A stretch of 64,000 bases of DNA, from contig JBHGNT010000015.1 of assembly GCA_043228905.1 (NCBI GenBank), forward strand, positions 18,600,001-18,664,000, given 5' to 3'. Of the stretch, positions 40,502 to 58,683 are shown one piece after another; the first letter of the stretch is position 1; every line of letters begins with the position of its first letter. The position numbers were made by a program, and so were the translations under genes. This stretch comes from Azolla caroliniana (lineage: Eukaryota > Plantae > Polypodiophyta). Below the pieces are notes generated by a model. It worked only from the letters and a program-made list of their open reading frames with translations, was not told where the DNA came from and searched no databases.

Positions 40502-41706
40502 ATGGAAGGAGAAGGTGAAGGTGAAGGTGAAGGTGAAGGCCTTGGGAACGTGAAATCCTCTGTGATTCCTCAATATCAAGGAGATCACCTCAATATCCCT
40601 TCCAAACACCATATCCTCAAGCTTCTCACCAAACAAGGTAAAAAAAAAAAAAAACGTTTGCCCCCATTCGCACAGAATCTCCTCTCTGATTTTCGCCGTT
40701 TTCTTGATGTGGGTTTTAAAAAAAAATAATTCTAGTTTTGTTGCTATCCAGACACCATATTTTCAAGTCTTCTGCACATTAGTTATTTTTGCACAGATCT
40801 CCTGCCTAATTTGTTTTATATTTTTAACGTAGGTTTATTTATTTATTTTAATTTCTATTCTTAAGCTATATTTCATTTCTAACCAAGCACCATATCCTCA
40901 AGCTTCTCATCAAACAATGCAAAACCCACCTGCACAGATCTCCTCAAAATTTTAATCTTCCGATTCTTCCAATCCAAAATGATCATCATGATGTAAGAGA
41001 GACAGGGGAAATAGATGTATCTATGCACACAGATAACTAAATCCTGATGTAATTCATCCCCAGGAGACAAAGAAGTAGTTTTTGCCGATAGTATTGTCAA
41101 GGTGAATCGGGAAGGCCAGATAAAGCGGCTGATACTTATCATCACCAATGTCGCTATCTATGCTCTCGATAATAGGTGGTGCAATCTCAAGCGGAGAATC
41201 GGCCTTTCAGAAATCGAACGTTTACATCTAAGTGAACTCAATGACAACTTCTTGGCGATCGTTGTACGAAATGAATATGACTACTTATTGGCAAGCACTA
41301 GGAAGTCAGAGATCGTGAACGTACTTGTTACCGCGGTGAACAATATACCTCGATCCCCCCTTGAAGTATCATACAAGAATAGGTAAAAATGTTTTGGCTA
41401 GCTTTACATTGCTATATAATGAATATTTGGATTTTTCTGCGAGGTATGTAGTTAATAAGTTTTGGTGGTGGGTTTTTATTTTTGCTTTTCGGTTTTGGGT
41501 TATACATATAGGTTTGAGTATCGTGTGGATTGCGAGACAACCATGGAAGTGCATTTTGAGGAGGTTACTGGTAAGGGTTTCTCTTTTCCTGTTTGCTTAT
41601 AATGGGCGTGTTTTTAAGTTCTCAATAGAAAACCAAACTATTCTTGATGCACACAGGGGGAGTAAAGATGAGGATTGTGAAAATGTCGCAAGTTGCAAAT
41701 GGATGA
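40502..41706 (+). CDS. Stand-alone class I myosin tail homology 1 (TH1) domain protein, about 187 aa
   Basis: Exons 40502-40637, 41064-41382, 41512-41570, 41657-41706 splice in frame: YQGDHL..KQG|DKEVVFADSIVKVNREGQIKRLILIITNVAIY...LKRRIGL...LSELNDNFLAI..EYDYLLAS.RKSEIV...R|FEY...HFEEVTG|GVKMRI. This resembles the Myosin_TH1 domain. The start codon is uncertain. Confidence 0.8.
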
Positions 41707-42149
41707 GCAAGTCTAAATCTACTGCCAAATTTGAGTTGCTTTTGGCTATTGTTTGAAATAGCGAATGGGATCATGATGAATTCTTCATTCACCTTCCCAA
41801 ATTCTTATCCAAGCTCCTCTTGTCATGTATAAAGGGAGTTGTTTTTACCCATAAAAGAAGACCAGGGTAATGCTTTTTTGTTGTAAAGAAACTTGTTTTC
41901 CAAAGATAATATGATTGTAGTGAGGATTTGTTTTTGCATCTTATGCATTATATTCAATATCATCTCAAAGAACAAAATCTAAACATTAAAAAAGGCTCAT
42001 GTTGTCACTAGAGGTTAGATTATATTTGTGAATCTTAATACTGGTAGAAAAAAACTAGCAGACAATTTTTACAGAGTGTTGGTCATTTCTACCTTATTCA
42101 TGTGTACCATCTATGCATGTATTGACCATAGTAAGATGAAATTTCACTA

Positions 42150-43020
42150 GTCTAGGAACAAATGACCTTAGCGGTACTCCTCTACATGTATGAAAACAAT
42201 GACCTAATGACATCCTTAACACGTATGGAACTGATGACCTAATGGTGTCCTTACACATGTATTGATTTAGATGGCCTGATGATCCCTAATGGTTGTATCC
42301 GTGTATTCAGATAATAACCTAATGGTTCCAAATTGTTGTATCCACACATCGAATCAATTGGTATGCATGGTTCGTAGTTGTATCCATGTATAGAACTAAT
42401 GACCTAATGGTTCTGAACTGCTGTATTCACATGCCAAATTAATGTACTCGCGGTCCCTTAATTGTTTATTTAACGTAATGATCCCTACTTGTCACATCCA
42501 TGTATTGAACTAATGGCCTAATGTTTCTGCACTATTGTATCCTCATATTGATTTAACTGTTACTCACATGGTCCAAATAACTGTTTATTTGACCTTAATA
42601 TACGCACTGTCCCTAATTGTTTATTTGACCTAATGTCCCCTAATTGTTATTTGAACTAAAGGCCTAATGTTTCTAAACTGTTGTATCCATGTATTGAATT
42701 AATGTATTCATGGTTCCCAACTGTTATTTGACCTAATGATCCCTGGTTGTTATATCCATATATTTGAACTAAATGACCTAATGGTTCCAAATTGTTGTAT
42801 CCATATATCGAACAAATGCACTTCTGGTTCCTAATTGTTCTATTTATTCTTCTAGCAACTAATGAACTTGTACCCCACTTTACTTTAAGAGATTGAAGCC
42901 TCAACTCTGGTTTTTGAATGTTGGATGCACATATCAAATTATAATTGATTTCTTTATCCTTATAGCAACTAATGAACTTATTGGCCTTGCCTGAGTTTAA
43001 GACAATGAAGTCTCAACTGT
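42150..43020. repeat. Degenerate minisatellite (core gttgtatccatgtattgaactaatgacctaatggttcc)
   Basis: More than ten scrambled recurrences of the tgacctaatg, gttgtatcca and ttgttatttga modules. Confidence 0.8.
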
Positions 43021-43946
43021 AGTTAGATTTGGAATCAACTTTAGTTTCTATTGGTTTTAAGATTATTTTTTTGCGCAACATTGTTGATCTATATGCCTAG
43101 AATATGAGGCAAAGTTTTGTTTATCTATACATGGTTGTTTTGTTGATGGTACATTGTCTAGCAATGTTTTCACAAAAATTGTGCCAAATTCACCTCCAAA
43201 CTGAAGATATTTCCACCAATAAGCTCATGAGGACATCTTGCTCTCTTTTATTTATCACTCTTTTTGTATTATGGTACAACTTGGTGCTAGACCTATGACA
43301 TTCTCTTGTTTGGTGGACAACCTAACATTCGGCCTTCTAGGGTTGCATTGAGTTAGATAGATGGGTCTTATAATGGTGTCTAGAGAGAGAATGGATTGTA
43401 TTTGAGCTTAATGCCCTAACCAAGAACACAAGGACAAAGAAAACTTCATTCTCTCTAGGGCATGAAACATGATAATTTTTTTCAATAGTCCACGGTCTCA
43501 ACATTCCATTGAATCTTTAGGGGGAAAATATTAAAGTGCCTATTGTGTAGTGTGTACTATCTCCCACAACGAATTCCCAAGCACAAGAGCAAACACCAGA
43601 AAACACGGTTCTTTGATAAAAGTGAGACTCTTTTTATAAGTTCCATGCATCGAATTACTGGCCTCTAGACAAGCCACAATATGTTTTTTTTTATTCGTTT
43701 GTTCGGTGCACACTGCTAGACTTCAAATCTAGCCACATGAGCATGACCCTAGTGTAACGAACAACATTGTTTGTATCATCACATTACAAAGTTGTAAAGT
43801 CACATAAATCAGCTTCTTTATGTAGTTGAGTTTACACCTTCTTCTTCCTCTTTCTCTTCAAAATCCGAGGAGAAAAAAATGTAGTACTAAAAGTATAAGA
43901 TCTACAAAATTAAATAACAATGGAATTTAGATGGAGCGAAAAAGGG

Positions 43947-44018
43947 AGGTCCTACCGGGATTCGAACCCAGGTCGCTGGATTCAAAGTCCAGAGTGCTAA
44001 CCACTACACCATAGAACC
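43947..44018 (-). tRNA. trnQ-UUG: tRNA-Gln (anticodon TTG)
   Basis: The minus strand reads GGTTCTATGGTGTAGTGGTTAGCACTCTGGACTTTGAATCCAGCGACCTGGGTTCGAATCCCGGTAGGACCT, with A and B boxes, an upstream CAA and a downstream TTTTT pol III terminator. Confidence 0.97.
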
Positions 44019-44226
44019 ATTGATGAAAATCTATTCTAATTTAACCAATATCTATTGTATCACAATAATCTGGTCATGTCTAATCATGCTTTGACACCGT
44101 GTTTTTGCATGTAATATCTTCCTATTACCATTACTAATCGTATTTTAACATCATTGTTTAGGATCAAATTAAGTCTTATGCATGACCTCCAACTAGAAAT
44201 TTTTAATTTGATAAAAGCTTGACGAT

Positions 44227-44458
44227 ATGAAGAGCTATTGCTTGCTTACTGTATGTGTGTGTGGATAGATGAGACATTTTAACATTCTCAAGAAGCCTTT
44301 AAGAAAGTTTTCATGCTCCAGTTTTCTGCATGTTTTGATTCAATGAATCATGCTTATTCAGGTTAAATATGTAATTAGGACAGTGCGATTCTAAGGATCA
44401 ATAATTTGTTTACGAGGATGCACATCATTTGTAATTCTTTCACCTTATTGAGGTCAAA
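44227..44458 (+). repeat. Diverged copy of the 3' end of ArgD intron 1 (36450-36646)
   Basis: Shared blocks include gtgtggatagat, ttttaacattc, caatgaatcatgcttattcaggttaaatatgtaattaggacagtgc and aggtcaaa. Confidence 0.9.
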
Positions 44459-45643
44459 TATGAATTATGCATGACCTCCAACTAAAAATTCGATTTTGTT
44501 TTTAGATTTGTAGGCGTGATCTCAAACAGATATATAAAGACTCTTTTTTAAGGAATGAAATATTAGGACCCACTGCTCAATGCCATGTTGAAACATAATC
44601 TTAATGTTGTAAGATGCATGCAATGCCATGTTTAAATCTCACAAACCCCAAATAGCAACGAGTAAACTTAATCACAAAACCCACAAATGATCCACAAAGA
44701 TAAAAAAAGAACACAAATGATCAAAGACTTCACATCAGTCCTATTTCTGATCATGCAATTCAATGCAGCTTATGTATATAGTTGAAGCGCACATGTGGTT
44801 GGACATGGTTCCATGGCTAGAACACCCTGATTGATCAATTTGCCATCTATTTCCATCCACACGTTGTTAACAATGCATGATATAATTGGTACAGAAACTC
44901 TAAGTGAGTGAAAATCCAAGGTCAAATTCTTACAGCATGTAGACAGTAGGATTAACAGACACATTCTAGGTTAACACAATCACAAGCTGTACATTATACC
45001 ATGTATAGTTTTTTTCTCTCATGATAGTAGAATTTGTAGGAAACAACTGCAAGGTTCAAACAGTATCACATACAAGGTGAAGGTTTCCAATTGGTACATG
45101 GCCATCAGTAAAATGAACACAGAAACTAAACTTCTTTTAACTAGTGCACATGGATATGACATGTAGTTCTTGGGCAAAGTAATTGGTGTTAAGGCATAAG
45201 GAAACAACTGAAGATCGCTAGAGATAAATCAAACTAAATTAGCTTTCCATTAGGAATCATGCCAATGTTCAGAGGTAAACTTTTGAATATGCCAATCACG
45301 GATCTATCCAATGTAACATACAATCAATATGATGCATTTAATTATTAACCAGGGCTATGGATCAAACCATCTATGAATTGCAAACCCAAATGTAAGGAAT
45401 TTCAGAACAATAGTGTAAAGGTTTTCAATCACTACATTGCCAATGTGAGCCAAATGCCAATTCTAGTAAAGAGATGAATATCATTGTGGGTTTCACATGA
45501 AGAAAGGCATGTTTCTGGTTTCAGGTTTCACGTTTCATGTTCAATGGTTGTTTCTCTTCTGGGTCATGTGCAATAATATCAATTATAGAAAAAAATCATC
45601 AATATTCCCTACATCTCTCTGCATATGCAATGATTGTGTTCAA

Positions 45644-48223
45644 TTATTCAAAAGCAGCATGTTTAAGTCTCATGGCTTCAACTTTCTTTGCATCTTCTTG
45701 CATGCCAGCAGCTGCAAAGATGTTAGCCATGAGCACATAAGCTCCTCCAAGACCTTCATCTAATTGTATTACCTGATGAAAAGCTGATCTCCCAAGCTTC
45801 ACATTTCCCCATTTCCTACAAGCGCTTAATAATGCAATCCAAACTGGAGGATAATCAAACGATGGCATAATCTTAATCACAGATATAGCCTTATCGAAAT
45901 GTCCCACATACGCAAAACCAACCACCATGCATGTATGATGCTCCAAGTTCGGAGTAACACCATATTTCTCTACCATATTTCCAAAGAGCATTTGGGCTGT
46001 ATTCAATAGCCCAGAGTGATTGCATGCACTCAGAAAGCACACAAATGTGACCTCATCCGGAAAGAAACCCTCATTCTGCATTTGTTGTTGACACTTCAGT
46101 GCTTCGTGACCTTGTCCTTGTTGTGCATACCCGCCAATTAATGAATTCCATGACACTATGTCTCGAATAGGAAGCTCTTCGAGAAGTCTCCGTGCTTTTC
46201 CAAGAAAGCCACATTTGGCATACATATCTATCAAAGCATTTCCAATCATGACATATTTTTCGAGCAATCCTTTCATGACAATTTGATCATGGATTTGTTC
46301 GCCATTGTCTATGGCTCCCATGTTGGCACAAGCACTCAAGATACAAATAAATGTAACCAAATCAGGAGAAAAACCCTCATTTCCCATACGTGTGAGAGAG
46401 TTCCAAGCTGAGAGACATTGCCTTTGGTGAGAATATCCTGTAATCAATGCATTCCACGAGACAACATCTCGAAGAGGTAGACCTTCGAGCACCTCTTGTG
46501 CTTTTGAAATCAATCCACATTTTGCATACATATCAATCAAAGTGTTGCCAAGCGTAATATCCTTGTACAGCCACCCACTACGTGCACTTTCTTCGTGAAT
46601 TTGTATGCCCTCTACTATAGCTCCTAGACTACCACATGACTTTAATATACAAACAAGTGTAGTTGCATCTGGAGAGAGACCCTCACTTTGCATCTGTTTA
46701 AAACAAGTAAGTGCTTCATGACCTTGCCCTTGTTGAGCATATCCTGATATAAGTGCATTCCAAGTGACTACATCTCGAAAAGGAAGATCTTCGAGCACTT
46801 CTTGTGCTTTTAAAAGCATCCCCCATTTCGTATACATATCTACAAGAGCATTGCCAAGGATAACGTTCTTCTCCAACAAGCCTGTATCCACAATATCATC
46901 ATGAATTTGTTCACCCATGTCAATACGTTGTGTGCTTCCACACTCCTTCAAGATGCTGATATAGGTGACTGCATCTGGAAAGAGGCCCTCAATTTGCATC
47001 ATTTCAATATAAAATAATGCTTCATCAACTCGACCTTGCGAAGCATATCCAGTGATTAGAGAGTTCCAAGAGACCAAATCTCTTACAGAGAACTCGTCAA
47101 ACGTTCGTTTTGCCTTCGCAAGTGCTCCACATTTGGCATACATGTCCAATAAAGCATTTCCAAGCACGACATCATTCTCCAACAAACCTCTCCTCACAAT
47201 CTCAGCATGAATGTTTTCACCTATGTCTATTTTCCCTGTTTTGCTACATGCCTTCAACACACAAATGAAGATGATCGCATCCGGAGAGAGACCCTCACTT
47301 TCCATTCTATCAAAACAATTCAACGCTTCTTGGCCTTGATCCATTTGGACATATCCTTGAATTAGCGAAGACCAAGAGAATATGTTCCGAATCGGAATCT
47401 CTTCAAGCACTTGTTGTGCTCTTCTAACCATACCACATTTAGCATACATGTCCACCAATGCACTACCAAGCACAACATCCTTCTCGAGCAAGCCCATAGT
47501 CACAATCTCGTCATGAATTTGTTCACCTTTCTTGATACCTCCTTTAACACATCCACAAGCCTTCAATATGCAAATGAAAGTGACTATGTCAGGTGAGAAA
47601 CCCTCTTTTCGCATCCTTTCATAACATGTTAAAGCTTCATGGAATTGTTCATGAAGGCCATATCCAGCAATAAGTGCATTCCAAGTAACAACATTCCGAA
47701 CCAGAAGACGATCGAAAACCATTTGCGCTCTCAACAGCATACCACATTTCGCATACATATCCACCATAGCAGTGCCAAGCACAACATCCTCCCTTAACAA
47801 ATCCCTAGAGACAATCTCATCATGGATCTCTTTGCCCTTACCTAAATCTCGAGTTTTGCCACATGCCTTCAAGATACATGTGAAAGTGACAACATCTGGA
47901 AAGATACCTTCACATTTCATCCTTTTGAAGCAATCCATAGCTTGGGATCCATGGTTTTGATTGGCATAACCTGAAATTAGTGCATTCCAAGACTCTATAT
48001 TGGGGTCATGGAGCTCTTCAATCACTTCTTGTGCTTTAGTGAGAAAGCCACATTTTGCATACATATTGATCACACTAGCTGCCAAATAAGGGATCTTTTC
48101 AAGCAAACCCTTTCGAGTAACATCATCATGTAGTCTTTTTCCACGGATGAGATCTTTCTTCTTAGCACACGCCTTGAGTAAGGAAACAAAAATGAACCCT
48201 CTTCTTTGATCTTCATTGTTCAT
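45644..48223 (-). CDS. PLS-class pentatricopeptide repeat protein with E domain (no DYW)
   Basis: Intronless ORF with seven MYAKCG-type PLS triplets and terminal E motifs (WIALLSACRKWGNVKLG; AYVLMANIFAAAG). The first in-frame ATG is at 48223 and the frame is open to ~48352, so the true start is uncertain. Confidence 0.9.
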   Translation of the reverse strand: MNNEDQRRGFIFVSLLKACAKKKDLIRGKRLHDDVTRKGLLEKIPYLAASVINMYAKCGFLTKAQEVIEELHDPNIESWNALISGYANQNHGSQAMDCFKRMKCEGIFPDVVTFTCILKACGKTRDLGKGKEIHDEIVSRDLLREDVVLGTAMVDMYAKCGMLLRAQMVFDRLLVRNVVTWNALIAGYGLHEQFHEALTCYERMRKEGFSPDIVTFICILKACGCVKGGIKKGEQIHDEIVTMGLLEKDVVLGSALVDMYAKCGMVRRAQQVLEEIPIRNIFSWSSLIQGYVQMDQGQEALNCFDRMESEGLSPDAIIFICVLKACSKTGKIDIGENIHAEIVRRGLLENDVVLGNALLDMYAKCGALAKAKRTFDEFSVRDLVSWNSLITGYASQGRVDEALFYIEMMQIEGLFPDAVTYISILKECGSTQRIDMGEQIHDDIVDTGLLEKNVILGNALVDMYTKWGMLLKAQEVLEDLPFRDVVTWNALISGYAQQGQGHEALTCFKQMQSEGLSPDATTLVCILKSCGSLGAIVEGIQIHEESARSGWLYKDITLGNTLIDMYAKCGLISKAQEVLEGLPLRDVVSWNALITGYSHQRQCLSAWNSLTRMGNEGFSPDLVTFICILSACANMGAIDNGEQIHDQIVMKGLLEKYVMIGNALIDMYAKCGFLGKARRLLEELPIRDIVSWNSLIGGYAQQGQGHEALKCQQQMQNEGFFPDEVTFVCFLSACNHSGLLNTAQMLFGNMVEKYGVTPNLEHHTCMVVGFAYVGHFDKAISVIKIMPSFDYPPVWIALLSACRKWGNVKLGRSAFHQVIQLDEGLGGAYVLMANIFAAAGMQEDAKKVEAMRLKHAAFE

Positions 48224-49782
48224 TTGATCCTTATCATGTTTTCCTCTGTTTTGTTTATCTTCTTTGCCTATATATGTATGAATAACCTTCGAATCTGAAG
48301 CTTCCAAGCTTGAGCTTGGGCCCAGGCCATAAAAATGAAGCTTCTTCGTCAATCTTCATTCCTTTCATGCCTCGTTCTTGTTCTCAATGAAAACGGTTTC
48401 TATAAGAGTCATGATGTGTGATTTCACATGTGCACAATCTGCACATTTGACCAGAACGTGGTGTCCTTTTAGGCAACACCATGTTGCTTGCCAAAGTATG
48501 GCATTTTTCTCTGTAAACTTCTGAATGCATGTGTGTGTCATCTACCATCAACAACTAATCATGCATCATGCACTCGCTGGGCATTCAAACACATAAGTGG
48601 AAGACACATCCATCGATTCAACAGTATTAACAACATTTATAATCCATAAAATGGAATTGTACAGTTCTGATCCACTTTGAATTTACTAATGTGACGGACT
48701 CCAACGCTCCAATTTGTGAAAGAAACAGATACAGAATCCTAACAATAACCGTGTTTTTCAATTTCCTTGTCATATAGTAAGTTCACTGAACATCTTCTTG
48801 GGTGCACACATCAACTAGACATTATATTACGCCACAGACTTTCAATATTTTCTCAATTTGTTTTAGTACTTTCAATATTTCCTGAGAATGATTGATAGAG
48901 ATTTTAAGCATAAAATGGTGTTGCATTTGGAATGGGTAGATTCCATTAGCACAACATACTCCGTTAAAACTCCACATTCATTATTTCTTATTGATGTGTC
49001 GGTTACTCCTAGGATTAAAAATGTCATATATTTGTGCAGTTGTGATTCATGTTGGATATATTTATTCAGAAACACATCTACTTTAGGGCCCACAAAAGCA
49101 TATTTACCACCTCCCCGCTGGTATTGATTTTAGCTCGGCTCAGAATGGAAGAGATTTTGATGATAAACTACCCAACATTTCATGTATTCCTCAACAACGG
49201 CCTATGAAACATGATCACCATCTCACATACAAGATAACCAGTTACAGTTATAGCCTCTTTTCCATATCCAAGCAAGGCCAATATAGAGAAGATGAGACAC
49301 TTGTTTGAGAACAGCAAAAGCTGTTCCATCATTTATAGCCTCCATGTTCTCTAAGGCCAAATATCATACAACATAACTTGTCATGAACACACAAAGACAA
49401 GATTGTAAAACCTTCAAATTTCTCAATTTGACGTTGTTCGTTCTATATGTATGGCATCAATACAAGGATTTCGGGTTTTTCACAATGGGTTTAAGTTTGA
49501 TGTTTGGAAAAACATCTCACCAATTAGTGTTCATCAACAAACATAGGCACACCCCACAACCGATTTATTTGTATCCCCAAAAAGGCAATGATACAACAAT
49601 CGTCAGTTCAAATATTCCACCAAACAGATCGCCAAATTACTTAGTCATGTCATGGTAGAATCAATTACATTTCTCTATTGCATGCTACTAAATCCCTTGA
49701 CCAAGTTAAAGAGTAAAGAGATCTTAAAATACATCATTGGTAAACAAAAACACCAATTGGGAAGAGAAATAGAGATTGTCGC

Positions 49783-55553
<5,771 letters not shown>

Positions 55554-55748
55554 AGCTAGATGTATCTGTGTCTACTCAACAGAATGGTAGCAAAGAGAGT
55601 GAATTGAGCCTGGTTTGGCTAACACTGTTCTTCTTCAGAATCAGACCTTCCTCTCCCGTCTCCTTCCCTCTTCTCCAGCCTCCTCTCGACAGAGAATCAG
55701 AGAGACACACACAGACAGAGAGACACAGAGAGGAAGTGAAGGCTTGGT

Positions 55749-55774
55749 GGCGGGAAACGCATTTTGGCGGGAAA
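55749..55774 (-). promoter_or_regulatory. Tandem E2F binding sites (TTTCCCGCC x2) upstream of MCM3
   Basis: GGCGGGAAA at 55749-55757 and 55766-55774 matches the E2F consensus TTTSSCGS on the minus strand, ~200 bp upstream of the ATG. TATAAAA is on the minus strand at 55845-55851. Confidence 0.85.
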
Positions 55775-56700
55775 CCCGACGCAGGTTTCACACGACGTGG
55801 CCAATCTTATGTCCGGACACACGCGTTTCCTGTCCGGCTTCACCTTTTATAGCCAAAGGTTTAAGGAGGTATGACGGAAAAGGATATGATAGAAGAAGGA
55901 GAAGGAGAAGAAGGAGAAGGAGAAAAAGAATGTGTGTACATTCCGGCATCCTCGGAGGGTTGTTGTAAAGCCGGTGGTTAATCTGAATCACTTACGAAAA
56001 AACCACTAGCGCTATACGAAGAGATGCATTATTATTTGGCAACCACTATACATATTCGGCTCAAAATAACCCTGGCACAACAAGGCCCATTCTCTCGTTC
56101 GGAGATCAGTTCGGCATTATGCTTTTGTGGACCCTAAAAGAATAGTATTTGGTTCTCCTTTCCTGCTTCCATCTATTTATGTTCCGCCCTTGTTGTTCGT
56201 CGATGACCTTGAATTGAGTCTTGGCTGAATCCTTCATGTTGTGACATACTGGCAAGGACAAGGTAGGTAGAAACTAAGCAAGGTTGGGAGGGAATTGAGG
56301 TGCTACTCAGAGGCAATATTAGGCAAGGTAGGAGAAAGTGAACAAGGAAATATGTTTGATAACTCGTGTTGCATCGTCTATTGGAAATCATTCCCAAAGA
56401 TCAAGCATTCAAGCCTTACCAAGAATTGAAGTAGATTAAGTACGTCGTTTTCTAAATAATATAAAGGTGATGAAACTTGACCTTACAAGCCACTTTTGGG
56501 CTCGAATCGGATGGTTGACCACATGTTCACAACACCAACTCTAAATGTTGATGAGAATCTTTGTGAAGTTTACTTTGAGACGTAACCATGTGACTTTATC
56601 TCATAAACATTACTTAACGATAAGTAAGTCATGGGTCCAAACGATAATTATCCTTGCATATTGGATGCTCCTCAAACACTACATAAATTTTGCACCTTGT

Positions 56701-57017
56701 CATAATTTTGCCTTGACACGAGATAAACTTGAGGTAGGAGGAAACGTCTTATAAAATATGCATTTTGCCCCATTTCTTAGGTGTCCAAGAAACATGTAGA
56801 TTTGTGAATATGGTAAGGAACCATGGGTTGTTCATGTTGACAACTTTGTTTCGCAGATTCCTCAAATGTTACTACATAATTTTGCCTTGACACTAGATAA
56901 ACTTGAGGTAGGAGGAAACTTCTTATAAAATATGCATTTTGCCCCATTTGTTAGGTATCCAAGGAACATGTAGATTTGTGAATATGGTAAGGAACCATGG
57001 GTCATTCATTGTTGACA
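56701..57017. repeat. ~175-bp tandem duplication
   Basis: cataattttgccttgacac.agataaacttgaggtaggaggaaac...ggaaccatggg at 56701 and 56876. Confidence 0.9.
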
Positions 57018-58683
57018 TTCCTCAAACCAATCATTTCAAAAAACCATGGACCCACAAGAATGAACTAATACTTGATGGAATAATGAAGCCAATGGTACAC
57101 AACTATACCAATGGTTGGAGCAAGAGAGATTGTGCCTAGATATTGGAAGATGGGCCATAGGTGAATGGAGAGAATAAAGGAAGGGGGAGAATAAATTGAA
57201 ACGGTGAACCTCAAATGAACCCGACAATACACAAATGTACCAAGGGCACATGCGGCGAGAATTGGATGGAGAGAGCAAAAGGAAAGGGACAAGAATAAAT
57301 TGAAATATTGTATTGGAAAAGCCAAATCACCTATGAGATTGACCAATGTTCCAAAATGGGTAGCTAATCGCCCAATACGTCGTCATCTAAAACAATCATA
57401 AACAACTAGCTACAAAACCATCCCAATAACTTTGACATGGGTCTCTACCGTATGGCATCATGGTGCCAGGTGTGCACATCATAATTTGCTTACCAAAAAT
57501 ATGCACAAAATAATACAAGTTATCCTTCAATGTAGATATTTCCTATCATGTGAAGATCCTTGTGCCTTCAAAAGGGTATAACTGAGTTGACTCTTAACTA
57601 TTGGTGATGGGTGATGCTCCACATGGGTGATGCTAAAATAACCTATGACCTCCATTATTGAAAAGCCTCAAATGAACATTGAGATCTCATTATAAGTTGT
57701 GCATCATTTTATGTGATGCGCGTTCATCTCTAAGTTAATGTAATGTTGATTCAGGAGCCAATACCATAATAAGTTGAGCATCGACATATTGTATGGACAC
57801 AATAAGTTGAGTACGTTATGTCGTGATGATCTGAGAGCCATGTTATAGAATCGGTATAAAATCGCTTATATGGCCAGTGTATCAAGCAAACTTAACTTTG
57901 TACATGGTTCCTGTAATCATCTCATCGAATATACGATTCAAAATGAGTCAGAGAGAGTGGGAATAACAACACTCTAATGGCGTAGCGAACTCACTTGAAT
58001 AAACCCTGCAGTGTTTGCAACCAATAATTCTATTGCCTCATCGAGGTCAATAATACCCCACATGAGCTTCATGCTACGCCCAAGATATGGATGCAATACG
58101 TTCATCAATTTGAACCTGACAAGAACTATGCCAACAATTTGCTCAACTCGTGCTCAAAGCAAGGAGATATATATAAATTGGCCAACAAATCACTAGAAAA
58201 TGTGTGCCGTGGCCTCACCCTAGAAGATAATGAATGCGATTGCACCTCATCGAAAGGTACCTGAGAGTTGTGTGAAGAGATCCAGCCAACAAACCAACAA
58301 CCCTATTAAATATGCTTGTCCATGCATAGCTTCTCGAAACATGGTTGTTTACCATGCTTATCATAGTTGTTTCCATCAACAATTCCATCTATCCTTTATC
58401 TCCCTCCGCACCTTACCCAACCTTTTAGTTGGCATTCACCATGGCCACACTTCTCCAATTCCTCATTATGCATTCCTATCCTTCCAACCTTAGTTGTTTG
58501 CATCTTGGAGCTCTTCTAGATCAGCTTGAAACTCCAAAATATGGCAGATTGCAAGACAATGAACCCAAACTCAAGTCAACATAACTTAAATAAAGTGGAG
58601 TTGGATGATTTGGGTGTTTTATCTTGTCATGGACTTGTTTACCTCATGTCAATCAGCTCCACGTGCCAAAGGAAATAATGTTG

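Noticed and set aside
57360-58620. Possible decayed TE or gene relic
   Set aside because: No recognisable protein motif in any frame.
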